Assembly: GCA_015234065.1 (NCBI GenBank)
Contig: JADFWS010000001.1
Span: 1 to 47,664 of the forward strand
Direction: 5' to 3'
DNA: 47,664 nucleotides
DNA from: Candidatus Omnitrophota bacterium
GTDB taxonomy: Bacteria; Omnitrophota; Gorgyraeia; Zapsychrales; Fredricksoniimonadaceae
This document shows positions 29,460 to 38,213 of the stretch, piece by piece. The notes beneath the pieces are model-generated. The model was not told where the DNA came from and did no database searches. It saw nothing but the letters and a program-made list of their open reading frames with translations. The first letter of the stretch is position 1, and the number at the start of each line of letters is the position of its first letter. Made by a program: the position numbers and the translations under genes.

Positions 29460-29815
29460 AAGCTAAAGTGCAGGAAAAAAGCGGGGCTGAACGCCGTTTA
29501 GCCATACGGGCAGACCGAGTGATCGCGATCAAGCATCGCCTGATCAAGCGTCAGTCCAAGAAGGCAGATGCGTTCTGGAGTTTGTCGACGACAAAGAACA
29601 TGAGCATTACAGGGATATTGTTTCTTAGCGATACGGAGTATAAAGCGGGTGATATTCTGGAAGTCAGCGTTGTCATGTCCGGGATCATTGATATCGTGAA
29701 CGGCCCGGCACAAGTTGTGCGCGTGGCCGAGAATGGCGACACGTCCTATGATGTGGCGGTCAAGTTCATCGAAATGAAGCCTCCGGCCCGCAGTGCCAAG
29801 TCTCACTTGAAGTAA
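29456..29815 (+). CDS. PilZ domain protein (putative c-di-GMP receptor)
   Basis: ERRLAIR (RxxxR-like) and KNMSITG (D/NxSxxG) motifs. The start overlaps the fumC stop (ATGA). Confidence 0.7.
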   Translation: MKAKVQEKSGAERRLAIRADRVIAIKHRLIKRQSKKADAFWSLSTTKNMSITGILFLSDTEYKAGDILEVSVVMSGIIDIVNGPAQVVRVAENGDTSYDVAVKFIEMKPPARSAKSHLK

Positions 29816-29846
29816 TAATTTGATCATGGCGTACAAGGAAAACTAG

Positions 29847-29884
29847 GCGGGAGATCCCTCGGCCTTCGGGCCGCGGGATGACGG
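29847..29884. repeat. REP-like imperfect hairpin element, copy 2 (compensated variant)
   Basis: gagATCCCtCGGCCttcgGGCCGcGGGATgac lies between the convergent PilZ and pntB genes. The outer stem is ATCCC/GGGAT, where copy 1 has ATCCT/AGGAT. Confidence 0.75.
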
Positions 29885-29889
29885 TGTTT

Positions 29890-31278
29890 TTATTTATTCT
29901 TGAATTCTGCAACAAGTTTCTGCACGACATCTTTGGCGTCGCCAAAGATCATGAGAGTGTTGTCATAATAAAATAATTCATTTTCAATGCCGGCAAACCC
30001 GGAAGCCATGGAGCGTTTGATCACGAAAACGGTTTTGGCTTTAAAGGTTTCGATGATCGGCATGCCGTAGATCGGAGAAGTTTTATCGGTGAGCGCGGCC
30101 GGATTAACGGTATCGTTGGCGCCGATCACGATCGCGACGTCAACGGTATTCATGGTCGGGTTAATGTGTTCCATTTCAACGAGTTGTTCATAGGGCACGT
30201 TCGCCTCCGCGAGAAGTACGTTCATATGCCCGGGCATGCGGCCGGCAACAGGATGGATCGCGTAGCGGACTTCGGCGCCATTCTTTTCCAGGATCTCACC
30301 GAGTTCACGTACAGCATGCTGGGCTTGAGCGACGGCAAGCCCGTAGCCAGGGGCGATCACTACTGATGTGGCGGCTTCGAGAATAAGTTGCGCATCCGCG
30401 ATCGTGGCAGAATGGACTTCTTTCTTAACGCCGGACACGGATTTTTTCTTGGCAGCGCCAAACCCGCCGAAAAGCACGTTCGTCAGCGAGCGGTTCATGG
30501 CTTTGCACATGATGATCGACAGGATAACGCCGTTCGCGCCGACAATAGCGCCGACGACGATCAGCAGTGTATTATTGATCACAAAGCCCGTGGTGCAGGC
30601 CACAACACCAGAATAACTGTTCAGGACCGAGATCACAACCGGCATATCCGCGCCGCCGATCGGAATGACGAGGAATATTCCGAATACGAAAGACAGGGCA
30701 AGGAAGGTGTAGAAGAGATCGATCCTGACCGGGTTCATCAGAAAAAGCACGCCGGATATAAGAATGCCGCCGAGGATCATCAGGTTGACCCATTGCTGGC
30801 CTGGAAACAGAATAGGCCGTCCGGGCAGGCGTTCGCTCAATTTTCCCCAGGCAATTAAAGACCCGGTAAACGTTAAAGCGCCGATCACAATGGAAAGGAA
30901 CAACGCGAAAGACTCAACACCATTGATCGTGAAGATCAACTGGCTGTGCAGTTTTAAATAATGTACCCAGTCGACAAAGACCGAGCCCAAAGCGCCGCAG
31001 CCGTGCAGGAGCGCGATCATTTCCGGCATTTGCGTCATGCCGGCTTTGAGCGCCACAAAAGCGCCGAGGGCTGAACCGATCACAAGCCCGAGGATGATCC
31101 ACTGAAACCCGATCATGTGGTTCCCAACAAGGGTCGCGATCACAGCCAAAAGCATGCCCAACGCGGAAAGTTGATTGCCTTTGCGTGCAGTCTCGGGCGA
31201 ACCCAGGAATTTGAGGCCAAATGCAAAAAGGATAGACGCCAGGATATACGTGATCTGGACAAAGAAATGGATGTTCAT
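29890..31278 (-). CDS. pntB: NAD(P) transhydrogenase subunit beta
   Basis: 462 aa: N-terminal polytopic domain plus C-terminal NADP(H) domain (PGYGLAVAQAQH, HPVAGRMPGHMNVLLAEA). Confidence 0.95.
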   Translation of the reverse strand: MNIHFFVQITYILASILFAFGLKFLGSPETARKGNQLSALGMLLAVIATLVGNHMIGFQWIILGLVIGSALGAFVALKAGMTQMPEMIALLHGCGALGSVFVDWVHYLKLHSQLIFTINGVESFALFLSIVIGALTFTGSLIAWGKLSERLPGRPILFPGQQWVNLMILGGILISGVLFLMNPVRIDLFYTFLALSFVFGIFLVIPIGGADMPVVISVLNSYSGVVACTTGFVINNTLLIVVGAIVGANGVILSIIMCKAMNRSLTNVLFGGFGAAKKKSVSGVKKEVHSATIADAQLILEAATSVVIAPGYGLAVAQAQHAVRELGEILEKNGAEVRYAIHPVAGRMPGHMNVLLAEANVPYEQLVEMEHINPTMNTVDVAIVIGANDTVNPAALTDKTSPIYGMPIIETFKAKTVFVIKRSMASGFAGIENELFYYDNTLMIFGDAKDVVQKLVAEFKNK

Positions 31279-31580
31279 TGCGCGCTGTCCTTTTTCTTAA
31301 ACATTTTAAGCATGCGTTCGGTGACCATGTAACCGCCGACCACGTTAAAAGCCGCCAGTGCGACCGCGGCAGTGCCGAGGACAATGGCGAAGGGGCTTTC
31401 TGCTTCAGCGCCGGCCGCGATAAGTGCGCCCACGATAATGATCCCGCAGATCGCATTGGCTTCGGACATGAGCGGGGTGTGCAAAAGCGGCGGCACTTTA
31501 CTGATGAGCGCAAATCCCAGAAAAACAGCCAGGACCAGAATGAATAGTTGGTAAGGCAGATTCGTGAGAAAGTTTTCCAT
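31275..31580 (-). CDS. pntAB: NAD(P) transhydrogenase subunit alpha part 2 (membrane)
   Basis: About 101 aa if started at MENFLTNL (ATG at 31580, just after the pntAA stop). Three TM helices, ending VVGGYMVTERMLKMFKKK. Confidence 0.9.
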   Translation of the reverse strand: MENFLTNLPYQLFILVLAVFLGFALISKVPPLLHTPLMSEANAICGIIIVGALIAAGAEAESPFAIVLGTAAVALAAFNVVGGYMVTERMLKMFKKKDSAQ

Positions 31581-31584
31581 ATAA

Positions 31585-32709
31585 TTAGCCTTTGATCTTG
31601 TCGTTAACGATCTTGCCATTATGGGTGATCAGGCACCCTTTGATGATCTCGTCGTCGAGTTTCAGATCAAAAGTGCCGGTATCTTTATTCCAGAAGTGTT
31701 CAACAAAGTTGACAAAGTTGGCGCCGAGCATTTCGCTCGCATCGATCGCGGCCCGGGACGGGAGGTTGCCGAGGCCGATAATGCGCACACCATTGACAAC
31801 AACCTCTTCATTCAGGGCTGAACCTTCTACATTACCGCCGGATTCGATGGCCATATCAATAATAATGCTGCCGGGTTTCATGGCGGCTACCATATCACGC
31901 GTGATCACGACCGGAGCTTTTCTGCCAAAGACCTGAGCTGTTGTAATAACGATACTGGATGCGGCGCAAACTTTACGCATGCCTTCACGCTGTTTAGCGA
32001 GCTGTTCCGGGGTCAGGGCTTTAGCATAGCCGTCTTTTGTCTGGCCGGATTCTCCGCCGAGATCGATCTCAACGAATTTGGCGCCGAGGGACTGGACCTG
32101 TTCCTTGACCACAGGGCGCGTATCAAATGCTTCAACGCGTGCGCCGAGACGCTTGGCGGTGGCGATCGCCTGAAGGCCGGCAACACCGGCGCCGATAATA
32201 AAGACTTTAGCCGGCGGGATCGTGCCCGACGGCGTCATCATCATCGGGAATATTTTAGAAGAGCGTTCCGCGGCTAGTGTGACAGCGGCGTAACCGGCAA
32301 GGTTGGCCTGAGAGCTTAAAGCGTCCATCTTTTGAGCGATCGTGGTGCGTGGGATCATTTCTAAAGATATGGCCGCCACATTGTGTGCTGCAAGGGCGTC
32401 AACGAGTTCTTTTTCGTTAAAAGGGTCAAGAAAGCTTATATGGATGCAGCCGGTTTTAAGCGCGGGAATATCTTCTTTGGATGGTTTGCGTACACGCAGG
32501 AGCATATCCGCGCCGGAAAGGATTTCTTGCCGGGAAGCGATACGGGCGCCGATTTTAATATAATCTTCGTCTGAAGCGTGGATAGACGCGCCAAGTCCGG
32601 ACTCAATTAAAACCGTGGCATTCTTTTTGATCAGACGGGAAGCGCTGGCGGGTGTTAATGCCGCGCGTTTTTCGCCGGGAAATATCTCTTTTAAAGCGCC
32701 AATGATCAT
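31585..32709 (-). CDS. pntAA: NAD(P) transhydrogenase subunit alpha part 1
   Basis: Alanine dehydrogenase/PNT fold with Rossmann motif VFIIGAGVAGLQAIATAKRLGA. Confidence 0.95.
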   Translation of the reverse strand: MIIGALKEIFPGEKRAALTPASASRLIKKNATVLIESGLGASIHASDEDYIKIGARIASRQEILSGADMLLRVRKPSKEDIPALKTGCIHISFLDPFNEKELVDALAAHNVAAISLEMIPRTTIAQKMDALSSQANLAGYAAVTLAAERSSKIFPMMMTPSGTIPPAKVFIIGAGVAGLQAIATAKRLGARVEAFDTRPVVKEQVQSLGAKFVEIDLGGESGQTKDGYAKALTPEQLAKQREGMRKVCAASSIVITTAQVFGRKAPVVITRDMVAAMKPGSIIIDMAIESGGNVEGSALNEEVVVNGVRIIGLGNLPSRAAIDASEMLGANFVNFVEHFWNKDTGTFDLKLDDEIIKGCLITHNGKIVNDKIKG

Positions 32710-32721
32710 GGCCGGCCTCCT

Positions 32722-34701
32722 TTAGATGCGGATGGGAAGGATGACGAACAGAAGCCCTTCCTGGTATAAACGTTTTTGCAGGGCAAAGACCGTGTGGTTG
32801 TGTAAAAGCCGGGTGATGAACGATTCTTCCGGGAACACAAGTTGCCCGCCGAAGAAGACGGCTCCCGGATGTTTCTTGGCAAGGTCAAGGGCGATGCGCT
32901 CTGATTCCTGGACAACATCAACACCCGTGAGCGTGATCCCGCGGGCAGAGTAGCCGTTATTGTGCATGTAGGTAACGTAATGCTCGACGTCGTTTGAGAT
33001 GCGTGTTTTCAATTGCTGCAGCTCGGCTTCGCCTTTGAAATTTCCGGCATCAATAACGCCGATCTGGACAAAGATAAAGTTTTTGTACACACCGGGAAAG
33101 AAACGGATCGTGTTGAATAGTGTGTGCAGTCCGAGCCCGTTAAAGCCGCTGACAAAGATGACCGCTGTTTTTGCCAGATGGTCCAGCGGCGCCGATTGCG
33201 GCGGTTTTTTCATGGCGCGGATCTCTTCCTGGACCGTGATGGTCAGGGAATTGAGCCTTTTAAGTTTCTTCGCAGTTTCCCAGTAATGTTTCTTTGTGGC
33301 AAAGGCGGCAAGGATGAGCAAGCTTGTCACCACCAGAGTAGCCCAGCCGCCGTCCTGGAATTTGATGACGACCATGGAGATCAGGATGCCGCCGCTTAAA
33401 ACAAGGCCGGCCAGGTTGACCAGCATCTTTCTTTTCCAGGAGTGTTTCTTGCCCTGTTCCTGCCACCAGTGCTTGACCATGCCGAGCTGGGAAAGGACAA
33501 AGGTAATGAATACGTTGATACTGTACAGGACCACCAAAAGCGCGACAGACCCCTGGGTGACAATAAGAATGAGAAGGGCCGCGCCGCCCATGATGAGGAT
33601 GCCGTTCTGGGAAACAAGCCGGTCGCTGATCGCGGCGAATCGTGTGGGGAACCAGCGGTCAAGCGCCATGTTCGCGAGGACCCGCGGGCCGCCGATAAAT
33701 CCGGTCTGGCCTGCGACAAAAAGAAGGATCGCCTCGGCGAGAAGAGTCAGGAGAATAAAGATATGCCCGACGCCTTGCGGCCAGCCCACGGTCATGCGTT
33801 CCAGAAGGACGGCATTGAGCGTTTTTCCCTGTTCAGGGACAACTTTAAAGAGAAGGTATCCGAGCATGAGCCCCATGACCACAACAGCCAGGGATGTGGC
33901 CATATAGCGCATCGTGCTTTTGGCGGTCTGGACTTTGGGTTCCCGCAAAATATAGACGCCGTTACTGACCGCTTCAATACCCGTGTAGGTACCGGCGCCC
34001 ATACTGTAAGCTTTCAGGATCAGCGCAATAGTTCCCATAAGCCCGAGTTGGGCAAAGGAAGCAGACGCGTCAGCTTTGAGGCTGGCGGTCACCGTGGCCA
34101 TCTCCGGGACATGAGTTGTGATGCCGTATATAATAAGGAAGGCATGCGTTGCCAAAAAGAGCAGGAAGACCGGGACAAGCGGCATCACGGTTTCACGGAC
34201 CCCGCGAAGGTTCATGATCATGAGGATAACAAGGATCAGGGCTGCAAAACTTAATTTCAGCCCGTTCCATTCGTACGGCAAAAGACTGAAGACCGCATCC
34301 GCGCCGCTGGCGATAGATACGGTAATGGTCAGGATATAGTCGATCAAAAGGGCACAGCCCGAGATCATGCCGACCATGGGCGACAGGAGTTTGCTGGCGA
34401 CCAGATATCCGCCGCCGCCTGCCGGGAAAAGTTCAATGATCTGGGAATAGCTTGCGCTGATGATAAAGACCGTGGCGGCTGTAGCAACGCCGACAATAAG
34501 AATAAGATGCGGGTGGCTTAACAGGGTAGCGAAAGATTCCGGCGGGCCGTAGCAGGATGAAGAAAGCCCGTCCGCGCCAAGGCCTACCCAAGCCAGGAAC
34601 GCGACTAAAGACATGGTATGAAACACGCTGGCATCGGCGTAGCTGCGCGCTTTGCCAATAAAAACATCTTTCATGCGTTTAAAGAAGGAAGTGATCGCCA
34701 T
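32722..34701 (-). CDS. APC-superfamily permease with a C-terminal cytoplasmic extension of about 200 aa
   Basis: 659 aa. About 12 TM segments (ELFPAGGGGYLVASKLL), then a soluble tail. Its stop lies 13 nt upstream of the pntAA start. Confidence 0.7.
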   Translation of the reverse strand: MAITSFFKRMKDVFIGKARSYADASVFHTMSLVAFLAWVGLGADGLSSSCYGPPESFATLLSHPHLILIVGVATAATVFIISASYSQIIELFPAGGGGYLVASKLLSPMVGMISGCALLIDYILTITVSIASGADAVFSLLPYEWNGLKLSFAALILVILMIMNLRGVRETVMPLVPVFLLFLATHAFLIIYGITTHVPEMATVTASLKADASASFAQLGLMGTIALILKAYSMGAGTYTGIEAVSNGVYILREPKVQTAKSTMRYMATSLAVVVMGLMLGYLLFKVVPEQGKTLNAVLLERMTVGWPQGVGHIFILLTLLAEAILLFVAGQTGFIGGPRVLANMALDRWFPTRFAAISDRLVSQNGILIMGGAALLILIVTQGSVALLVVLYSINVFITFVLSQLGMVKHWWQEQGKKHSWKRKMLVNLAGLVLSGGILISMVVIKFQDGGWATLVVTSLLILAAFATKKHYWETAKKLKRLNSLTITVQEEIRAMKKPPQSAPLDHLAKTAVIFVSGFNGLGLHTLFNTIRFFPGVYKNFIFVQIGVIDAGNFKGEAELQQLKTRISNDVEHYVTYMHNNGYSARGITLTGVDVVQESERIALDLAKKHPGAVFFGGQLVFPEESFITRLLHNHTVFALQKRLYQEGLLFVILPIRI

Positions 34702-34807
34702 ATAATGGTGAGCATGTTACCGCTTTTGTGTGAAGATGTCAATTTTATCCATATCTTTGATTTTTTGAGCGCTTGACCTTTCGAAACGATTCTTATAAAG
34801 TGTTTTT

Positions 34808-35008
34808 ATGGATAAAGATACAAAAAAGCCGGTATTGCCAGGGCGCATGGTGACAGGGGCATATCTCATGTCATTTATTTTATTGGCGGCTGTATTCTGG
34901 GCAGTTTTTCATACGACACACGATAAAAAATTATCCGCAATGGTTGCGATAATCACAATGGGGCCGTATTATGGTATCCTTTGGCTATGCCGGGGACTAT
35001 TGAGGTGA
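34808..35008 (+). CDS. Hypothetical small membrane protein (two predicted TM helices)
   Basis: 66-aa ORF directly upstream of the flavodoxin-like gene. I recognise no family. Confidence 0.35.
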   Translation: MDKDTKKPVLPGRMVTGAYLMSFILLAAVFWAVFHTTHDKKLSAMVAIITMGPYYGILWLCRGLLR

Positions 35009-35010
35009 CA

Positions 35011-35586
35011 ATGAAAGTCGCGATCGTTATTCATTCCATGAGTGGGAATACCTATTTGATGGGCCGTGCTTTTGCAGATGAGCTGAAACAGCTTGGTGCC
35101 GAGGTGGCGCTTTTACGCGTTGTTGATCAGGATTGGGTTGAAAAAGAAGGCCTGTCGGATGCGGCGCGTCAGAATGTATCGGCGTTTCGGGCGCTTCCTG
35201 AAGCCACGGCGGCGTCGCTCGAGGCCGCGGATCTGATCGTCATGGGGTGTCCGACGTATTTCGGGAACGTGACCGGAAAAATAAAAGTCTTCATGGATAC
35301 GACCGGCGGCCTCTGGTTCCACGCGAAGCTCGCCGGAAAGAAGTTCGCGGCATTCACGTCCGCGGGGAATACGGAAGGCGGCGGAGACCTGTGTTTACAG
35401 GCGTTCCATACGTATGCCAAATATATGGGAATGCTGGTTGTCCCGTGTCCGGTGAGGATACTTCCGGGCGAGAATGTAAATGTATTGGGAGTTATCCAGT
35501 ATTCTTCCGGCAAGCCTGCGGAAATACTCGACGATAAGACAGCCCGTTTGATCAGGAACATGGCCGCTTTTTTAGTTGCGCGTTAA
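35011..35586 (+). CDS. Flavodoxin-like fold protein (WrbA / NAD(P)H:quinone oxidoreductase-like)
   Basis: MKVAIVIHSMSGNTYLMG, the N-terminal flavodoxin signature, and GCPTYFGNV. ATG at 35011 follows gaggtg. The ORF-track start at 34981 is rejected. Confidence 0.75.
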   Translation: MKVAIVIHSMSGNTYLMGRAFADELKQLGAEVALLRVVDQDWVEKEGLSDAARQNVSAFRALPEATAASLEAADLIVMGCPTYFGNVTGKIKVFMDTTGGLWFHAKLAGKKFAAFTSAGNTEGGGDLCLQAFHTYAKYMGMLVVPCPVRILPGENVNVLGVIQYSSGKPAEILDDKTARLIRNMAAFLVAR

Positions 35587-35595
35587 GGAGGATAT

Positions 35596-36054
35596 ATGGC
35601 AACAGCCGAGCAGAATCGTAAACATCAACGGTATGAGACTGATGTCAAGGTCGCGTTTCATGTGCCGTATGATTTCCGGACAGAGCTTGGTTTCAAGGTC
35701 GGCCCTGAGGCGGGGCCGGGGCTCAAGTATTTGGGGTTTTCCAAGAATATTTCCGTGCAGGGCCTTTGTTTTGAGTCTAATAAAGAGCTAAAGTCCGGCG
35801 ATCTTTTATGGCTTGAGCTGCATCTTCCGAAGCAAAAGGAAGTGATCTATATGCAGGGTGAAGTGCGCTGGTGCCACCTTGTCGAGGCGAACGGGGTGAC
35901 GCCGAAGATCTTTTTGACCGGAGTTGATGTGACCAAAGTTGACGGCGCGGATATTGAACAGACCGTGTATTATGACCAGAAATATAAAGTGGACTGGAGC
36001 GAACTTCTGGAGCGCGTGCTCGGCGGGTTTGCTAAACTGAACAGGAAGAAGTGA
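35596..36054 (+). CDS. PilZ domain protein
   Basis: RKHQRYETDVKV (RxxxR-like) and KNISVQGLCF (NxSxxG). Confidence 0.65.
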   Translation: MATAEQNRKHQRYETDVKVAFHVPYDFRTELGFKVGPEAGPGLKYLGFSKNISVQGLCFESNKELKSGDLLWLELHLPKQKEVIYMQGEVRWCHLVEANGVTPKIFLTGVDVTKVDGADIEQTVYYDQKYKVDWSELLERVLGGFAKLNRKK

Positions 36055-36470
36055 GCGCACGTTTGCCTTTGCCCATGAAACCATTTGTTCTCGTTCTTCG
36101 TGGTATTCTCTTTGATGATAGGGGCAGGGTCCTGTTGATGCGCCGGCATCATCAATGTTTAAGCTGGCCGAAGAAGTGGGAGTTTCCCGGCGGGAAGCCC
36201 GATAGCGGGGAGATCTTGAGCGAGAGCTTGATCCGGGAATTCCGTGAAGAGACCGGTATGGAGGTTGTGCCTGAACGCATGGCGTTTTCGTTTGAGTGGG
36301 AACGTGAACAGGACAAAGTTGTGTATCTTATTTTTAAAGTGACCCGGGTTTCCGGCAGCCTGCAGATCTCCGAAGAGCATGAAGAGGCCGGATGGTTCAC
36401 GCCGCAGGAAGCGCTGCAGTTGGATGTTTCACCGCCGCTTGTTGATAGTGTTAGGGCCTTATGCGATTGA
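36051..36470 (+). CDS. NUDIX hydrolase
   Basis: Nudix box GGKPDSGEILSESLIREFREETG. Alternative start at MKPFVLV. Confidence 0.88.
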   Translation: MSARLPLPMKPFVLVLRGILFDDRGRVLLMRRHHQCLSWPKKWEFPGGKPDSGEILSESLIREFREETGMEVVPERMAFSFEWEREQDKVVYLIFKVTRVSGSLQISEEHEEAGWFTPQEALQLDVSPPLVDSVRALCD

Positions 36471-37225
36471 TCAGCTGGAACGTGAATGGCCTCCGCGCTG
36501 TTCAGAAAAAAGGGTTTATCGAGTGGCTTTTAAAAGAGAGCCCGGATGTGCTGTGCCTGCAGGAGACAAAGGCTGAGGAAGCCCAGCTCGATGAGGGCCT
36601 TCGCCATCCGCCTGGGTATCATTCGTTCTGGTGTTCGGCGGAGAAGAAAGGCTACAGCGGGGTTGGGTTGTATACGAAAAGCACCCCGGTATCCGTGGAG
36701 TACGGGATAGGAAAGAAAGAATTTGACAGTGAAGGCCGCACGATCGTGGCAGATTACGGTGCGTTCGTCCTGTTCAATATTTATTTTCCAAATGGCAGCC
36801 GCGGGAATGCGCGGGTACCCTTCAAGATGGCGTTTTACGATCAGTTCCTGAAGAAGGCCGAAGCGCTGCGCAAGAAAGGCCGGCATGTGATCGTCTGCGG
36901 CGATGTGAATACCGCGCATGCCGAGATCGACTTGGCGCGCCCCAAAGAGAATCAGAAGAATACCGGGTTCCTTCCGGAGGAGCGGGCGTGGGTGTCGCAG
37001 TTCATCGGGAAAGGTTATGCGGATACCTTTCGTCATTTTTGCAAGGACGCGGGGCATTATTCATGGTGGGATTATAAGACGGCGGCGCGTTCCCGGGACA
37101 TCGGCTGGCGGATCGATTATTTCTTTGTGGACCGGGATTTCCTGCCCAGGGTGAAGGCCGCGTTTATTTTAAAGGATGTCATGGGGTCGGACCATTGCCC
37201 GGTGGGTATCGAAATCTGCGATTGA
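36461..37225 (+). CDS. xthA: Exodeoxyribonuclease III (AP endonuclease)
   Basis: MRLISWNVNGLRA, LCLQETK and SDHCPV motifs. 254 aa. Confidence 0.94.
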   Translation: MRLISWNVNGLRAVQKKGFIEWLLKESPDVLCLQETKAEEAQLDEGLRHPPGYHSFWCSAEKKGYSGVGLYTKSTPVSVEYGIGKKEFDSEGRTIVADYGAFVLFNIYFPNGSRGNARVPFKMAFYDQFLKKAEALRKKGRHVIVCGDVNTAHAEIDLARPKENQKNTGFLPEERAWVSQFIGKGYADTFRHFCKDAGHYSWWDYKTAARSRDIGWRIDYFFVDRDFLPRVKAAFILKDVMGSDHCPVGIEICD

Positions 37226-37262
37226 AGGTGTTTTTTCCTTTCCAGCGAATATAATATACTTT

Positions 37263-37802
37263 ATGCGTTCTGTGATGATCCTTCTATGGGCGGTTCTTTG
37301 TTTGTCGCTTCCGGTTTTGGCAGCGGATGCTCCTTTGCCTCAATTTTCATTAACATCGCCGGGCTGGGAGAATAACGGTGTGATCCCGGACCGTTATACG
37401 TGCCGGGGTGCGGATATGAGCCCGGCGCTGGCCATGAAGAATGCGCCGGCAGGTGCGGCGGCGTTTGTCCTGACCGTGCATGATCCCGAAGGGTCTGTCG
37501 GGCCCTGGGTGCACTGGCTTGTGTACAATATCCCCCAGTCGGGGACTGAGATCAAAGAGAATTCCAATCCCGGGACCGAGGCGCTGAATGATTTCGGGAA
37601 TTTCTATTACAGCGGCCCATGCCTCATGGATGAGCGTAAACACCGGTTTATTTTTACAATGTATGCCCTCAATGAACCTTTGGATAATGTGACCGAAGGG
37701 GCGACCATGGATACGCTGCTCAAGGCCATGAACGGCAGGATCATGGCCAAGGCAGAGTTTGTCGGAGTGTATCAGAATCCGGCTGTTAAGAAGGAGCCGT
37801 AG
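37263..37802 (+). CDS. YbhB/YbcL-family PEBP (Raf kinase inhibitor-like) protein, secreted
   Basis: Signal peptide MRSVMILLWAVLCLSLPVLAADA. DMSPAL, WVHWLVYNIP and HRFIFTMYAL are typical of bacterial PEBP. Confidence 0.82.
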   Translation: MRSVMILLWAVLCLSLPVLAADAPLPQFSLTSPGWENNGVIPDRYTCRGADMSPALAMKNAPAGAAAFVLTVHDPEGSVGPWVHWLVYNIPQSGTEIKENSNPGTEALNDFGNFYYSGPCLMDERKHRFIFTMYALNEPLDNVTEGATMDTLLKAMNGRIMAKAEFVGVYQNPAVKKEP

Positions 37803-37805
37803 GCG

Positions 37806-38213
37806 ATGCCGTTTCCCCTGCTTCGTTCCGTATTCCGCCGTGAGCAAAAGAAGAATTTTATTCTTGCGCTGCTCAATGAAATATCCGCCAATCTTGAAAA
37901 ATATCTTGTGATCGAGCAGCGGCAGTTCATTACCATGGATTTTGAAGTGCAGGCCTGGGAAGAGGCGCGGCATTTTACGTCTGTCGATTTTGCGCCAGAG
38001 GTGGAAGAATATGCCCGCGAGGTCGAACGTTTCAATGCCGCTTTTGCGGATTGCCGTGCTTTTGAAGAGCATTATTCGTCGAGCATTGACCAGAAGACCC
38101 GTGCCAACGCGGAAGTGCTGCACGCGAAGAAGGAAGCGCTTCTTGAGCAGTTCAATGTGATCCGTCCAAAGATCGAGGCCGCGCAAAAAGCGGTCAGGGC
38201 TATGCTAAGCTGA
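37806..38213 (+). CDS. Hypothetical protein, predicted helical, no recognised family
   Basis: 135-aa ORF in a tight co-directional array. Its stop overlaps the xseA start (TGATG). Confidence 0.45.
   Translation: MPFPLLRSVFRREQKKNFILALLNEISANLEKYLVIEQRQFITMDFEVQAWEEARHFTSVDFAPEVEEYAREVERFNAAFADCRAFEEHYSSSIDQKTRANAEVLHAKKEALLEQFNVIRPKIEAAQKAVRAMLS

Noticed and set aside
37350-38186. 278-aa minus-strand ORF
   Set aside because: It is antisense to the PEBP gene and the following co-directional ORF. Its His/Arg/Ile-rich composition is typical of the reverse frame of a coding region, and I see no family motifs.
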